A stretch of 64,000 nucleotides of DNA from Eledone cirrhosa. Its lineage: Eukaryota. Below the pieces are notes generated by a model that saw nothing but the letters and a program-made list of their open reading frames with translations, was not told the DNA's origin and made no database searches. Numbering within the stretch: the first letter of the stretch is position 1; each line of letters opens with the position of its first letter. Made by a program: the position numbers and the translations under genes. Below are positions 42,338 through 54,774 of this stretch, in pieces. The stretch spans positions 2,418,001 through 2,482,000 of the forward strand of contig OZ024749.1 in the NCBI GenBank assembly GCA_964016885.1, in the 5' to 3' direction.

Positions 42338-42533
42338 GGTGAATCAGGGCGGTGAATTGGCAGTATCGGTAGAGGGCCGGACGCCTTGCTTTGATGCATA
42401 GAGTTACGGCCCTTGCCATTCTGAGTTCAAATCCCGCCGAGGTTAACTTTGCCTTTCATCCTTACGGGGTCGATAAAATAAAGTACCAGTAATGTACTGG
42501 GTAATTGCTGGCCTTGTGCCAATAGTAGAAACA
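42338..42533 (+). mobile_element. Full-length main-family tRNA-derived SINE with 19-bp target-site duplication
   Basis: A and B boxes, core, tail; ATTATTTACCTTAATCACG at 42319-42337 and 42534-42552. Confidence 0.95.
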
Positions 42534-42599
42534 ATTATTTACCTTAATCACGTTAATGACCCATGGAAGTATTTCGACAGTTTTAATTAAACAATTTAA

Positions 42600-42980
42600 T
42601 TCTCGACATGTCTTATCTCGACATGTCTTATCTCGACATGTATCATCTCGACATGTCTTATCTCGACATGTCTTATCTCGACATGTCTTATCTCGACATG
42701 TATCATCTCGACATGTCTTATCTCGACATGTCTTATCTCGACATGTCTTATCTCGTCATGTCTCAACTCGACATGTCTCAACTCGACATGTCTTATCTCG
42801 TCATGTCTCAACTCGACATGTCTCAACTCGACATGTCTCAACTCGACATGTCTCATCTCGAATGTCTTATCTCGTCATGTCTCATCTCGACATGTCTCAA
42901 CTCGACATGTCTCATCTCGACATGTCTTATCTCGTCATGTCTTATCTCGTCATGTCTCATCTCGACATGTCTTATCTCTA
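42600..42980. repeat. 15-bp minisatellite, ~25 copies
   Basis: Unit tctcgacatgtctta and variants. Confidence 0.95.
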
Positions 42981-44229
42981 GATTATAGAGCATCGTCGTT
43001 AAAATCCATGAAAGATTTTCTTTTTATCCAAAGTTCATCGTAAACTATAAAATGCTGACCAGATAATAAAGATATAGGTTTTGAAACTCTGTATGACCCC
43101 ATAACACGATAGTAAATATCTTCTTATGATATCGACTTAATAAAAGTTGCCTAAAATTTAATTTTCCGAAATTAAATATACGGACATTGCATGGAGGTGC
43201 GCTAGAGGGAATGTTCTCTCTTCTCGGCTATGTTTAAACCAGTCACCTTTTGGGTACAAAAACCTGGGCCTTATGTATATTTGAGCCGCGTCTTATCTTC
43301 ATGCACTTTCTCTGAGTTGATCAGCGTCCCTACGATACCACTTTCCTTTCCCCTTAACTGTTATGGAGGTAAGGAAAAGGGCCGTGTAATTTGTCTTTCT
43401 TTTGATTAATAAATAAAGAGGAAGCCAAGATATTTAAGTAAACAATTGTATTATCATCGTCTATATAGAGTGTATAGAAAGTGGCGGTTGGTTTAGAAAT
43501 ACACGTAATTAAATGAAACTCTGTTGATTATAGTGAACATGTCATATGTTAATAACGCTGGCAATAACGTTTGGATCACGTTCAAAGGAAAAATTATTTC
43601 TCCGTCCTTTGTAGCTCTTTTCTAGTTACTTATATCATCCTATACGTTATGTTAGCGCCAACTTGTGGAATATCTGCTTGGAAAACTCTCATAAACATAA
43701 CACTCAATGATAAACAGACGATAGATGTATGATTATAAAAGAAATATTGAGTATTAGCTTAAAGCATTACACACCAATCCGATATATATCTCTAATAAAA
43801 GAAATATAAAATGAAAAATAGATTTGCGAGCTCACTAAGTAATTATTAATAATGATTTTTAATTCACGCACAAAGCCAGTGATTTTGAGGAAGGGAGGCA
43901 AAAGTCAATTAAATAGACTTAGTTCTTTACTGCGACATTATTTTATTATCCACGAAAAGATGAAAGGTGAATTCCAAGGATTTGAACTCAAAACAAAAAG
44001 AGCTGTAGCACAGCGTTACTAAACATTACCTACAAACATCGATGACCAATATATTTCAATGTTGATTTACATACAGTGGAGACCATCATACAATTTTAAC
44101 CATAAATAATATTCAATATTACCAAAATAACCAGATCTTCCTATAGATATTCGTTAATTGTATAGTGATATAAATGCCTCAATATATACATACATACGCA
44201 TACACAGACACACACACATACACAGACAC

Positions 44230-44395
44230 ACATTCCTTGGAGGATGCCGAGGGAGATGCGTTGGAAGAACCATTTTATCTCGCGTGGCTCAGATCTGAGG
44301 GTAGCCAACTCCGTGCCGATGGTGTTGAGTAGGGAGGAGGCCCTAGGGCCAAGGACACCAGAAGTCTCCACTGCTACGGGATCAACTGCAAACTC
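44230..44395 (-). mobile_element. CRE-like non-LTR retrotransposon, RLE C-terminal fragment
   Basis: PVAVETSGVLGPRASSLLNTIG..EPREIKWFFQRISLGILQG resembles the CRE-type VETxGxxG..QRISLAIQRGN motif. Confidence 0.7.
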
Positions 44396-44560
44396 TTAAT
44401 ACAACATTAATGGCCTGCTTTGGTTTTCTTAGCTGTGGTGAGGAAAGTAACTAAAGGGTGAGGAAGAAAGGCAGGGAGCAGAGCGTTGAGGCGGCCATCT
44501 GTCTTGGTGCTGTATTAGCAATCTTAATGTTGGCAATATTTGTTCTGGTGGTGATTGTTG

Positions 44561-44591
<31 letters not shown>

Positions 44592-44592
44592 G

Positions 44593-44674
44593 ACTCCCTG
44601 ATGACGCAATGAATTCTCGACAGTTAGATTACGTAACTGTCTTTATCCCATTGCAGAAACTAATTAGTTGGAGT
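44593..44674 (+). ncRNA. Type I hammerhead ribozyme, family H copy 1
   Basis: ACTCC-CTGATGA-cGCAATG..GACAGTTA/TAACTGTC..CATTGCa-GAAA-CTAATTAG-TT|GGAGT. Confidence 0.85.
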
Positions 44675-45137
44675 GAAAATTTTAGTAAGTAAGTTAATTT
44701 AAAAAAAAATTTTTTTAATTTTCTTATTTTACGTCTTTTATATTATTGTTCTGCATCCTCCTGCATCGAACCACCTAGGTACTATGACATAACCTGTGTA
44801 TTTGCTAGCATTAGCGTACATCTGTACGCATATGTTAGTAGATATACTAAATCCTCTATATTTATCTCCAAATTACTTATTTGTCGAGCAAACCTGCCAA
44901 AACCACTACTAGTTTATTGGTGTGATAGTAGGCTTCTTTCATCTTACCATCCCACTCCTACCGACTAGCCTCAGTGTCACGTGATTGATTCTTTAGAATT
45001 TGCCATTTGACCAGAGACAGCGAGCTTTTCAGTGCATGGAATCCAGTCCCCGCTAGCTGTTCCATCTACCGAATTATTATTATTTTTATATGAGTCCCCA
45101 GTGTCCGCGCATTGCCTGGAGACTTAGCTGAGAATAG

Positions 45138-45219
45138 ACTCCCTGATGACGCAATGAATTCTCGACAGTTAGATTACGTAACTGTCTTTATCCCATTGCA
45201 GAAACTAATTAGTTGGAGT
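45138..45219 (+). ncRNA. Type I hammerhead ribozyme, family H copy 2
   Basis: Identical to 44593-44674. Confidence 0.85.
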
Positions 45220-45278
45220 GAAAATTTTAGTAAGTAAGTTAATTATTAAAAAATTTTTAAAAATTTTCTTATTTTACG

Positions 45279-45324
<46 letters not shown>

Positions 45325-45542
45325 CGAAGGAAATGTGGTAAGGAACCAGGTGGACCATAACGCACCAAAGTACTCAATACTTGAGGTAGTAGAGTGGGTA
45401 ATAGGAACCAGTAAGACCCCGACAGCTGAGCTCAAGCCGTTTCGACGGCTAATTCTGGACGGCTAATTCTGGACGGCTAATTCTGGAGTCCAGAATTAGC
45501 CGTCGAAACGGCTTGAGCTCAGCTGTCGGGGTCTTACTGGTT

Positions 45543-45548
<6 letters not shown>
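45325..45548. mobile_element. Family C foldback with a triplicated 14-mer at the centre
   Basis: Arms 45401-45460 and 45489-45547; gacggctaattctg x3. Confidence 0.85.
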
Positions 45549-45619
<71 letters not shown>

Positions 45620-45640
45620 ATATATATTTTTTTTCATTTA

Positions 45641-45696
<56 letters not shown>

Positions 45697-46092
45697 TGTG
45701 TGTGTGTTTATTGCTGAGAAATCGTATTTCCTGTCACAGTGTTTCCAAATAAACGATATGTTACACAACTCACCCCACCCCTGAAGTCACATGTGGCTAC
45801 TGGTTTGAAAGAGTTGCTTCGTTACAAGCTTTCTGTTGTAATCGTGGATTATACCCGCTGATGAAGTCTTATATAATCGATTATGTAATATCTTTACATA
45901 AACACTGCAAACGACGACTGGCAGCAGCAGAGACCAGATCAGTCTATAATGCAGAGACAATTGGTAATTATTATTGTCTACGTGACGCCATTTCCATTAC
46001 GATTAACGTATATGGTGTCTACTCTAAGCTGTTGGTTACGTTCGAATTGTGTATTGGACAGACAGGACTTTTCTTCCGATAGCTTCTTTAAC

Positions 46093-46170
<78 letters not shown>

Positions 46171-46786
46171 GCACACACACACACTCATATATATATATAT
46201 ATATAATATAGAACACTTAAAACATTGGGTAAAATACCCCTATGTGTATCAAAACATGGCCAGCGGCTGCTAGGGAGAATGGCACTTCGTATCTTTTAGA
46301 TACCGACTGAGTGTTCTAACAATTGAGCTAGGGGACCTATGCCATAAACACACATTTATGTGCCACTGTGTATCTTTATCTCTTATTCTTATGATGTCTC
46401 CTACCACACAATACAAATTAATAACCAAACACAACCGCCATTACAGGCAGAAAGAGACGGAGACAAACGCTTTGCTTCTTCCCACCATTAAAAGTAAGAA
46501 TGTAAATTTACTTTTATAATTTTAGCGGTGTGATTCCTACATAAATAACTTTTACTGATTAATGTTTTAATCATCTATGTTCACAGTTTCAGAATAACGT
46601 TAAAGATTAGCTTTAAAGAGATGACTATTTAGAAAACAAAAAAAGTTAAACACTTATTTTTACAGCCGGGGTAAAATGAATAACGGTCCATGTTATTTCT
46701 GTCGTTGGAATTGCTTTTAGTTGGATTATATTTTATGAGCGTGAAAGGAAAACGTATATCTAGTGCAATAAAACGAACAAAATAGT

Positions 46787-46913
<127 letters not shown>

Positions 46914-47339
46914 TATATATATATATATTTTTTTTTTTCTTCCTGTATGTTCAATATGTAGCAAGTTTCAAGAATAAAAACTATATTAAAATATATTTCA
47001 AGGAAGGAATATTTTAAAACATTCTGAAATCCATACTACAAAAAAATAGTAGACTGAAATTATTAGTGGTTCGAAATGATTAAAGAGAATCTACTGTAAA
47101 AAGGGGAAGTAAATAGAGAAAAAACAGTTATATAAATGTTAAATTCCAGGACTTATTCCAAGATATATTGTCGTGTATATAACTTCGGTCGGGTTTATAG
47201 TATAGATAATTTTTCGTAGTTTTATTTTTATTTAAAGAAATTTCAATATGTTATTTATACGTAGCGATAACGCGAAAAAGGGAGTATAAAATAATTTGAA
47301 ACTCCATTTAAATATATATACACACGCACAAATATATAC

Positions 47340-47394
<55 letters not shown>

Positions 47395-47436
47395 CACACA
47401 CATATAAACATACATATGTGTACACACACACACACG

Positions 47437-47504
<68 letters not shown>

Positions 47505-47986
47505 TACACATTCGCACATACACACACATGTATTTGGTGTAGCGCCAAATGATATTATTACTGAGAAAATATCGAACCTTAAAGAAGAATTTATTGGATA
47601 ATGCCACACAAATAGAAACAAATAAGAACAAACAAATACACCTCCCAGAAAGAAAATAAATTAATTTTTTGGTCTGTACCCTTAACATAATCAGAAAATA
47701 GAAGCTAAGTAAATGTGGAGATAGAAGAAGCCATGAAATTACATAATTTTTAACTTCATTCGCTTCCTAAAACCAACGCCATATAATTTGATAAATGGTT
47801 GAAGCAATTGTGAAATGCGCCATTTATTTGGTGTTATTTAACGTGTTTTGGTCGTCTTCTAGTAATATCTATTATTGCTGCTTCTACTAACATTACTACC
47901 ACACATAAATGATAGTTTAAATAATGATTTCTTGTCTAGGCACAAGGCCTGCAATTCATGGACAGTGGAAATTCGATACTCTAGTA

Positions 47987-48335
47987 CAGAGGTTCTCGAA
48001 GTGGGCGATACCACCACCCGTGGGGCGTTGAGAAGATCCAGGGGTCATTGGAGTCTAAGGGGCGGTAGAGCTAAAGGGGCGTTGGGAGGAACGGACAGGC
48101 TGTATGTGCCATTCCACCCATGGAAGTTAATATTGTTATAGTATTGTATACATATGATATAATAGTATATTAGATATCTATTATAAATATAGTAAAATAA
48201 GAAATATATAATATCCATACATAGTAAATATATTATTTATTATATATAAATTAACGATTTTATTTATTATATATTATTTACAATTTGTGTGTAGGCAGAT
48301 CTCTCTGGAAATAGGGGTGGGGCGCTGAGGGTATT
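47987..48335. mobile_element. hAT (Charlie-like) MITE remnant
   Basis: Starts cagaggttctcgaagtgggcg, resembling CAGTGGTTCTCAAA termini; GC-rich subterminal ggggcg repeats around an AT-rich core. Confidence 0.5.
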
Positions 48336-48761
48336 ACGAGCCAGTGAAATGCAAAGTTGACCTCGGCGGGATTTGAACTCAGAACGTAAGCAGTAGGATC
48401 AAATTCCACCACCCTGCTGGTTTAAGCGAAAATAATCGTTAACTAAGTTTTGCACAAAACCCAACGATTTGTTGGGGAAAGTGATGGGAAACGGATTAAA
48501 TGAACCCCAGTAATTTGATGAGAGTTTAATTTATTGACCCTTGAATCGAGCAACGGACAAGATGGCATCTGTGGTATTTAATTATAATTCATTACAATTT
48601 GGTTTCAAATCCTATAGAGGTCATATCTACCTTATATTCTTTGGGGGTCAATAGAATAAAGAACCAGTCAAGTACTGGATTCGATTTAATCGACTTTCCA
48701 GTGTCACGAAAATTGAGGGACTTGTGCTTAGATTGAAATTATTATTATTATTACCAATAGC

Positions 48762-48947
48762 AATGGCAGTATCAGTAGAGGGTCGGACGCCATGTTTTGA
48801 CGCATAGAGTTACGGCCCTTGTCATTCTGAGTTCAAATCCCACCGAGGTTAAGTTTGCCTTTCATCCTTACGGAGTCGATAAAACAAAGTACTAGTAATG
48901 CACTGGAATAATTGCTGGCCTTGTGCCAAAAATAGGAACAATTATTA
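48762..48947 (+). mobile_element. Near full-length main-family SINE
   Basis: A and B boxes, core, tail. Confidence 0.9.
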
Positions 48948-49057
48948 TACCGGAGACTGTCAAGGAACTACCATCACTAAGGTCACCGATACTACAAACA
49001 ATTAATAATATTTTTTTTTGTTAGCAAAAGATCTAGCAATCGCTTGCCATGTGAACC

Positions 49058-49113
<56 letters not shown>

Positions 49114-49115
<2 letters not shown>

Positions 49116-50975
49116 GGGTATGAACACCAACCGGAAACGATTGCTGAAAACAAATATTCAGTGCGACCATTTTAACGTGGCCAGAAAATCTGACATTGTT
49201 GCGAAAAGAAAAGGCGAATAACAATTGTGGACACTGCTTCATCGTGGGACCACAGGGTGGATGAGAAGGAAAGTGAGAAAGTTGAGTAATACCAGGAACT
49301 GAAGAGAGAAACCAGGAAACTATGGAGAATCAGAAACATAGAAGTGGTACCAAATGCGGTTAGACATGTAGAAGTGGTACCTATTGTGGTTGGTACACTG
49401 GAAGTAGTTAGTGGGTTAGACATGTAGAAGTGGTACCAATTGTGGTTGGTACACTGGAAGTAGTTAGTGGGTTAGACATGTAGAAGTGGTACCAATTGTG
49501 GTTGGTACACTGGGAGTAGTTAGTGGGTTAGACATGTTGATGTGGTACCAATTGTGGTTGGTACACTGGAAGTAGTTAGTAGGTTAGACATGTAGAAGTG
49601 GTACCTATTGTGGTTGGTACACTGGAAGTAGTTAGTGGGTTAGACATGTAGAAGTGGTACCAATTGTGGTTGGTACACTGGAAGTAGTTAGTGGGTTAGA
49701 CATGTAGAAGTGGTACCAATTGTGGTTGGTACACTGGAAGTAGTTAGTGGGTTAGACATGTAGAAGTGGTACCTATTGTGGTTGGTACACTGGAAGTAGT
49801 TAGTGGGTTAGACATGTAGAAGTGGTACCAATTGTGGTTGGTACACTGGAAGTAGTTAGTGGGTTAGACATGTTGATGTGGTACCTATTGTGGTTGGTAC
49901 ACTGGAAGTAGTTAGTGGGTTAGACATGTAGAAGTGGTACCAATTGTGGTTGGTACACTAGGAGTAGTTAGTGGGTTAGACATGTAGAAGTGGTACCAAT
50001 TGTGGTTGGTACACTGGAAGTAGTTAGTGCGTTAGACATGTAGAAGTGGTACCAATTGTGGTTGGTACACTGGGAGTAGTTAGTGGGTTAGACATGTTGA
50101 TGTGGTACCAATTGTGGTTGGTACACTGGAAGTAGTTAGTAGGTTAGACATGTAGAAGTGGTACCAATTGTGGTTGGTACACTGGGAGTAGTTAGTGGGT
50201 TAGACATATAGAAGTGGTACCTATTGTGGTTGGTACACTGGAAGTAGTTAGTGGGTTAGACATGTAGAAGTGGTACCAATTGTGGTTGGTACACTAGGAG
50301 TAGTTAGTGGGTTAGACATGTAGAAGTGGTACCGACTGTGGTTGGTACACTGGACGTAGTTAGTAGGTTAGACATGTAGAAGTGGTACCAATTGTGGTTG
50401 GTACACTGGAAGTAGTTAGTAGAAGGTTAGACATGTAGAAGTGGTACCAATTGTGGTTGGTACACTGGAAGTAGTTAGTAGGTTAGACATGTAGAAGAGG
50501 TACCAATTGTGGTTGGTACACTGGGAGTAGTTAGTATGTTAGACATGTAGAAGTGGTACCGACTGTGGTTGGTGTACTGGGAGTAGTTAGTAGGTTAGAC
50601 ATGTAGTAGTGGTACCAATTGTGGTTGGTACACTGGGAGTAGTTAGTAGGTTAGACATGTAGAAGTGGTACCGACTGTGGTTGGTGTACTAAGAGTAGTT
50701 AGTAGGCTAGACATGTAGAAGTGGTACCAATTGTGGTTGGTACACTGAAAGCGGTTAGTAAAAGTCTGGATGTATGGCTTGTGAAGCCAAGAATTACCAC
50801 CAGGGCAAGATTGGTGCAGAAAAGAGCCCTGCTAGGAACAGCAATAATTCTAAGGTGGGTGTTAGATTGTTGAAGGAGAGGGAATGACCCAAATGACCTT
50901 TGGCTATTGGCTGTGCCTCTCTCTCTTGGTATAGTGTCTGAACAACACCCGCCAGAGAAAAGGTGTTACCAATGG
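49114..50975 (+). mobile_element. R4/Dong-clade non-LTR retrotransposon 3' fragment (RLE domain) interrupted by a minisatellite
   Basis: YEHQPETIAEN..NIQCDH..ARKSDIV..IVDTASSWDHRVDEKESEKVE*YQELKRE..LW..VEVVPIVVGTL..LVQKRALLGTAIILR; follows an (AAT)n tract. Confidence 0.9.
49360..50760 (+). repeat. 56-bp minisatellite, ~25 copies, derived from Dong coding sequence
   Basis: Unit ttagacatgtagaagtggtaccaattgtggttggtacactggaagtagttagtggg; period 56. Confidence 0.97.
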
Positions 50976-51439
50976 CAATATTAACAGCAGTATTAGTTAC
51001 AGAAGCTGTTGTAATAGTAATTTCAGTCAGCGGCAAAATAACAACTTGTGATATCTCTACATTGTCTAGACAGACATGATGTTAGTTCCACATTTCAGTT
51101 ATAGTGGAGAGAAGAAAATGGGACGTAAGAGGTTGAGCAGAAGAAATTCATAATGAAATATTCAACATTAGAACTAATTAACGGAGAATTTAGAGATATA
51201 TTAAAATTACTAACTATTTCATTATTAAATATTTATGTGTGACATTACTTCAGAGAGGCTTCTTATATATAATATCGGGGGGTAATTAATTTGAATTTGA
51301 AGGCTCTAAAATGTTACATTGTTTATTTCAAATAACCGTTTTGTTTTATAGATCCAGATGAGGTTTTGGCTGGGTTGCCATCAAAAAGATTAATTAGTTG
51401 GGGAGATCAAATCTACTTAAACCTTCACCGCAAAATACC

Positions 51440-51705
51440 TACTGTTGGCAGGGCTACATGCGTTTCTTCTATGAGCCTGGTCGGTTGGCAGTGTTTCAGG
51501 GGTTTCCTCTATGGGCCTGGCATGTTGGCAGGGCTTCATGGGGTTTGCTGCATGGGCCTGGCCTGTTGGCAGCGATTCAGGGGTTTTCTTGTTTGAGCAT
51601 GACATGTTGGCATGGCTTCAGGGGTTTCCTCGTGGGTCTGGCATGTTGGCAGGTCTCCATGGGTTTCCTCTATGGGCCAGGTATGTTGGCTTGTTGGCTA
51701 GTTTC
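51440..51705. repeat. Degenerate ~40-bp GC-rich tandem repeat, ~6 copies
   Basis: Recurrent ggcatgttggcagg..ggggtttcctctatgggcct. Confidence 0.8.
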
Positions 51706-52879
51706 AGGAACTCGGCAAAGGAATTCTCTTAACGGTATCGGAATAACTTGGGATGTGTAAAAAGCACCCAAATAAATGATGTTGCTCGATTTTGCAAGAC
51801 ATTTCTATTTTTTTTATTCTGTTACTCTCATTTTCTATCCATGTCTAGTCTTTTATCTCTCACTCTCTCTCCCTCTCCCTATCCCCTACCAATCACCCCT
51901 CCCCCCACTGTCTGTCTCTCTCAATAAATGTCTCAACTAATATTTACCTATAGTACCACGACATTATTTCATTATTCATATTTCTAAGAACGAGTCATAA
52001 ATATTTCACTGTCTGGCACTATCTCATCCTCTACTGCCCCCCCCCCCATCTCTATCATCAATATGTATGTTGTATCTATTATTCTATCTCAATATTTCTC
52101 TTCATGCCATTCCCGTTATATCGATCTCCCCACCCCCTCTCTACCGTACCCCTTCCTCACACTTTAAATCATGAATATGTATCTCTCTCATTCAATCGTT
52201 CTTCGCCTCTGCCTATCACTATTTCTTTCTCTCTCCATCTCCCCCTCACTATCATTACCTCTCTCTCTCCATCTCCCCCTCGTTATCATTTCCTCTCTCT
52301 ATCTCTCCATCCCCCTGTCATTCCCCCTCTCTCTCTCTCACCATCTCCCCCTCACTATCATTAGCCCCCTCTCTCTCTCTCCATCTTCCCCTCGCTATCA
52401 TTACATCTCTCTCTCTCTTTCTATCTCTCCCTATCCCTCTCTCTCTCCGTCTCAACCTTTCTTATCTTTGTCTTTATCAATACAACATTACTTCATTATC
52501 AATATCACAAACAGCGAAGCAGTAAGCAAAACATTAAGTTTCCAATATAGCGAAACGTTCAATTTCCAAAATAGATTCAACATAACAGCAAGAGGAGGTA
52601 TTACTATTAATACTAAAATGGCCGAACGACAACAAGTTGACGACGTCGAAGACGAAAAAGAGATATTTGCAACGAAGCGCCATTTTAGACATTCACATAG
52701 TAAATGTTTTATCAAATCTCCCCAGCGAGAGGAATTAGGAAAGCGAGACATGTGTCATGCTTACTTATTCTGAATAGGAATTTTAGATAAGAATCATCTT
52801 GCTGCCAGTTATTTCTAGCCAAATTTTCCACCTGGTTGACACATCAAAGTGGAAATAAATACACCGTGACCAAACTCTG

Positions 52880-53390
52880 CTCTCGTCTTCTTTCTCTCCT
52901 TCTTTTCATCTCTCTCTCTTTCTTTTCTTCTTGCTTTCTTTCTATCTCTTTATCTTTCTTTCGTTTCTTTCGTTCACGACTATGTTTCTCTGTAATGTTT
53001 CTATATTACTATATTTTTCACTCTTTCATTTTCTCTCTTTCTCTTCTTATTCCTTTCTCACTTTCTATCTTCCATCTTCTCTTTCTTTCATCTTTTCTCT
53101 ATGTTTCCCTGTATGTTTGTATATTATTCTTTCTTCTTCTCTCTTTCTTTTCTTCTTCCTTTCTCTTTCTTTATCTTTTTCTCTCTCTATATATTTCTTT
53201 CTGTCTTTCTATCTTTCAGCTTTTCTCTATGTATCTCTCTATGTTTCTCTCTGTTTCTCTCTATGTTTCTCTCTCATTCTTTCATTCATTCCTTCTATCT
53301 CACGTTTCCGTCATCTTTCTCCTTCATTCCTTTTACTCTACTTCCTCTTCCTTTCTTTATTCATTCATTCTTCACCTTTATTTATCATAA
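52880..53390. repeat. Polypyrimidine (CT-rich) low-complexity tract
   Basis: Almost only C and T; similar tracts at 52080-52480 and 62040-62300. Confidence 0.9.
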
Positions 53391-53409
53391 AATATATTAC
53401 ATATCATTA

Positions 53410-53712
53410 CTTTCCCTTTCATCCTTACGGGGTCGATAAAATAAAGTACCAGTAATGCACTGGGTAATTCTGGCCTAACGTAGAAACAATTATTATTATC
53501 GACGGTGGATTGGCAGTATGGGTAGAGGGTCGGACGCCATGCTTTCCAGCATAGTTATGTCCCTTTACGGACTCAGTTCAAATCCCGACGAGGTTAACTT
53601 TGCCTTTCATCCTTACGGGGTCGATGAAATAAAGTAGCAGAAATGTACTGGTGTAATTGCTGGCCTTGTGCCATAAGTAGAAACAATTATTATTATCATT
53701 ATTATTATTATT
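53410..53712 (+). mobile_element. Two tandem main-family SINEs (one truncated, one full)
   Basis: Core and tail at 53410-53500; head, core and tail at 53503-53712. Confidence 0.9.
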
Positions 53713-53714
53713 AA

Positions 53715-54010
53715 TAGTACTCATCATAATTCGTCGACTACTGTCGAGATGATGGATCTCACTCTCATGCCCCAGAATTCTCCGTCCCCCATCGATGCCC
53801 CAGGTCCTGTCTACTGATTCCCGTATCCCTAGAGATAACGTCAGGGAATGACAGCTTCCTACTCCTAGTCAGGCTGGAGTCAGGGTTCCAGAGCAAGAGA
53901 GCGGATATGATTTCATTGCTGGCACGGTGACAGTGGCCAGCAAATTGAGCTCTCCGGGATTTTAGAAGGGCAGAGGCTCGAGGGAGTTTCCCATAGATTT
54001 TAGACAAGGT
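53715..54010 (-). mobile_element. RTE-clade LINE 3' fragment (second subfamily)
   Basis: IYGKLPRASALLKSRRAQFAGHCHR..LLLWNP..RKLSFPDVISRDTG. Confidence 0.85.
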
Positions 54011-54014
54011 TTAA

Positions 54015-54065
<51 letters not shown>

Positions 54066-54239
54066 CAGTAGTAGTAGTAGTAATAGTAGTAGTAGCAGCA
54101 GCAACAATGTCTTTTCGGTGGTGCTATATGGTTTCGCTTATATATTTCTATAATATTCTTGAAAATTATATCCGAGAACGCTGGTAATAAATCCAATTCC
54201 TCACACAGTTTAGAGTTTCATGTGACGTAAGACGGAAGA

Positions 54240-54752
54240 ACATAACACTGGTGATGATGGTTATATTACTACATCAAATGTATGCACAGCACTAATAATT
54301 GTTGCTACTTTTGGCACAAGGCCAGCAAATATCCAGTACATTACTGGTACTTTATTTTATCGACCCCGTAAGGATGAAAGGCGAGGTTAACCTCGACGGA
54401 ATAACATATCACTGGTGATGATGGTTATATTACTACATCAAATGTATACACAACACTAATAATTATTTCTACTTTTGGCACAAGGCCAGTATACACCCAG
54501 TACATTACTGGTACTTTATTTTATCGACCCCGTAAGGATGAGAGGGAAATTAACCTCGGCGAGATTTGAACTCAGATCATAAAGGGACGTAACTCTATGC
54601 TTCAAAACATGGTGTCCAACACTAATAATTGTTTCTACTTTAGGCACAAGGCCAGTGCATTAATGGTACTTTATTTTATCGACCCCGTAAGGATGAAAGG
54701 CAAAGTCAAACTCGGCGGCATTTGAACTCAGATCGTAAAGGGACGTAACTAA
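54240..54752 (-). mobile_element. Three tandem main-family SINE pieces with a duplicated flank
   Basis: Cores at ~54300, ~54470 and ~54630; flank cactggtgatgatggttatattactacatc repeated. Confidence 0.88.
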
Positions 54753-54774
54753 TAATGATATATATATATATATA

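Larger units (their letters stand above)
44588..45285 (+). mobile_element. Retrozyme-like element: two identical hammerheads in ~150-bp direct repeats, 545-nt unit, (TA)n on both sides
   Basis: 44591-44740 matches 45136-45285; no ORF between the repeats. Confidence 0.85.

Noticed and set aside
49360-50760. CRISPR-like regular array
   Set aside because: Units are contiguous with no unique spacers, there are no cas genes, and the unit derives from retrotransposon sequence.
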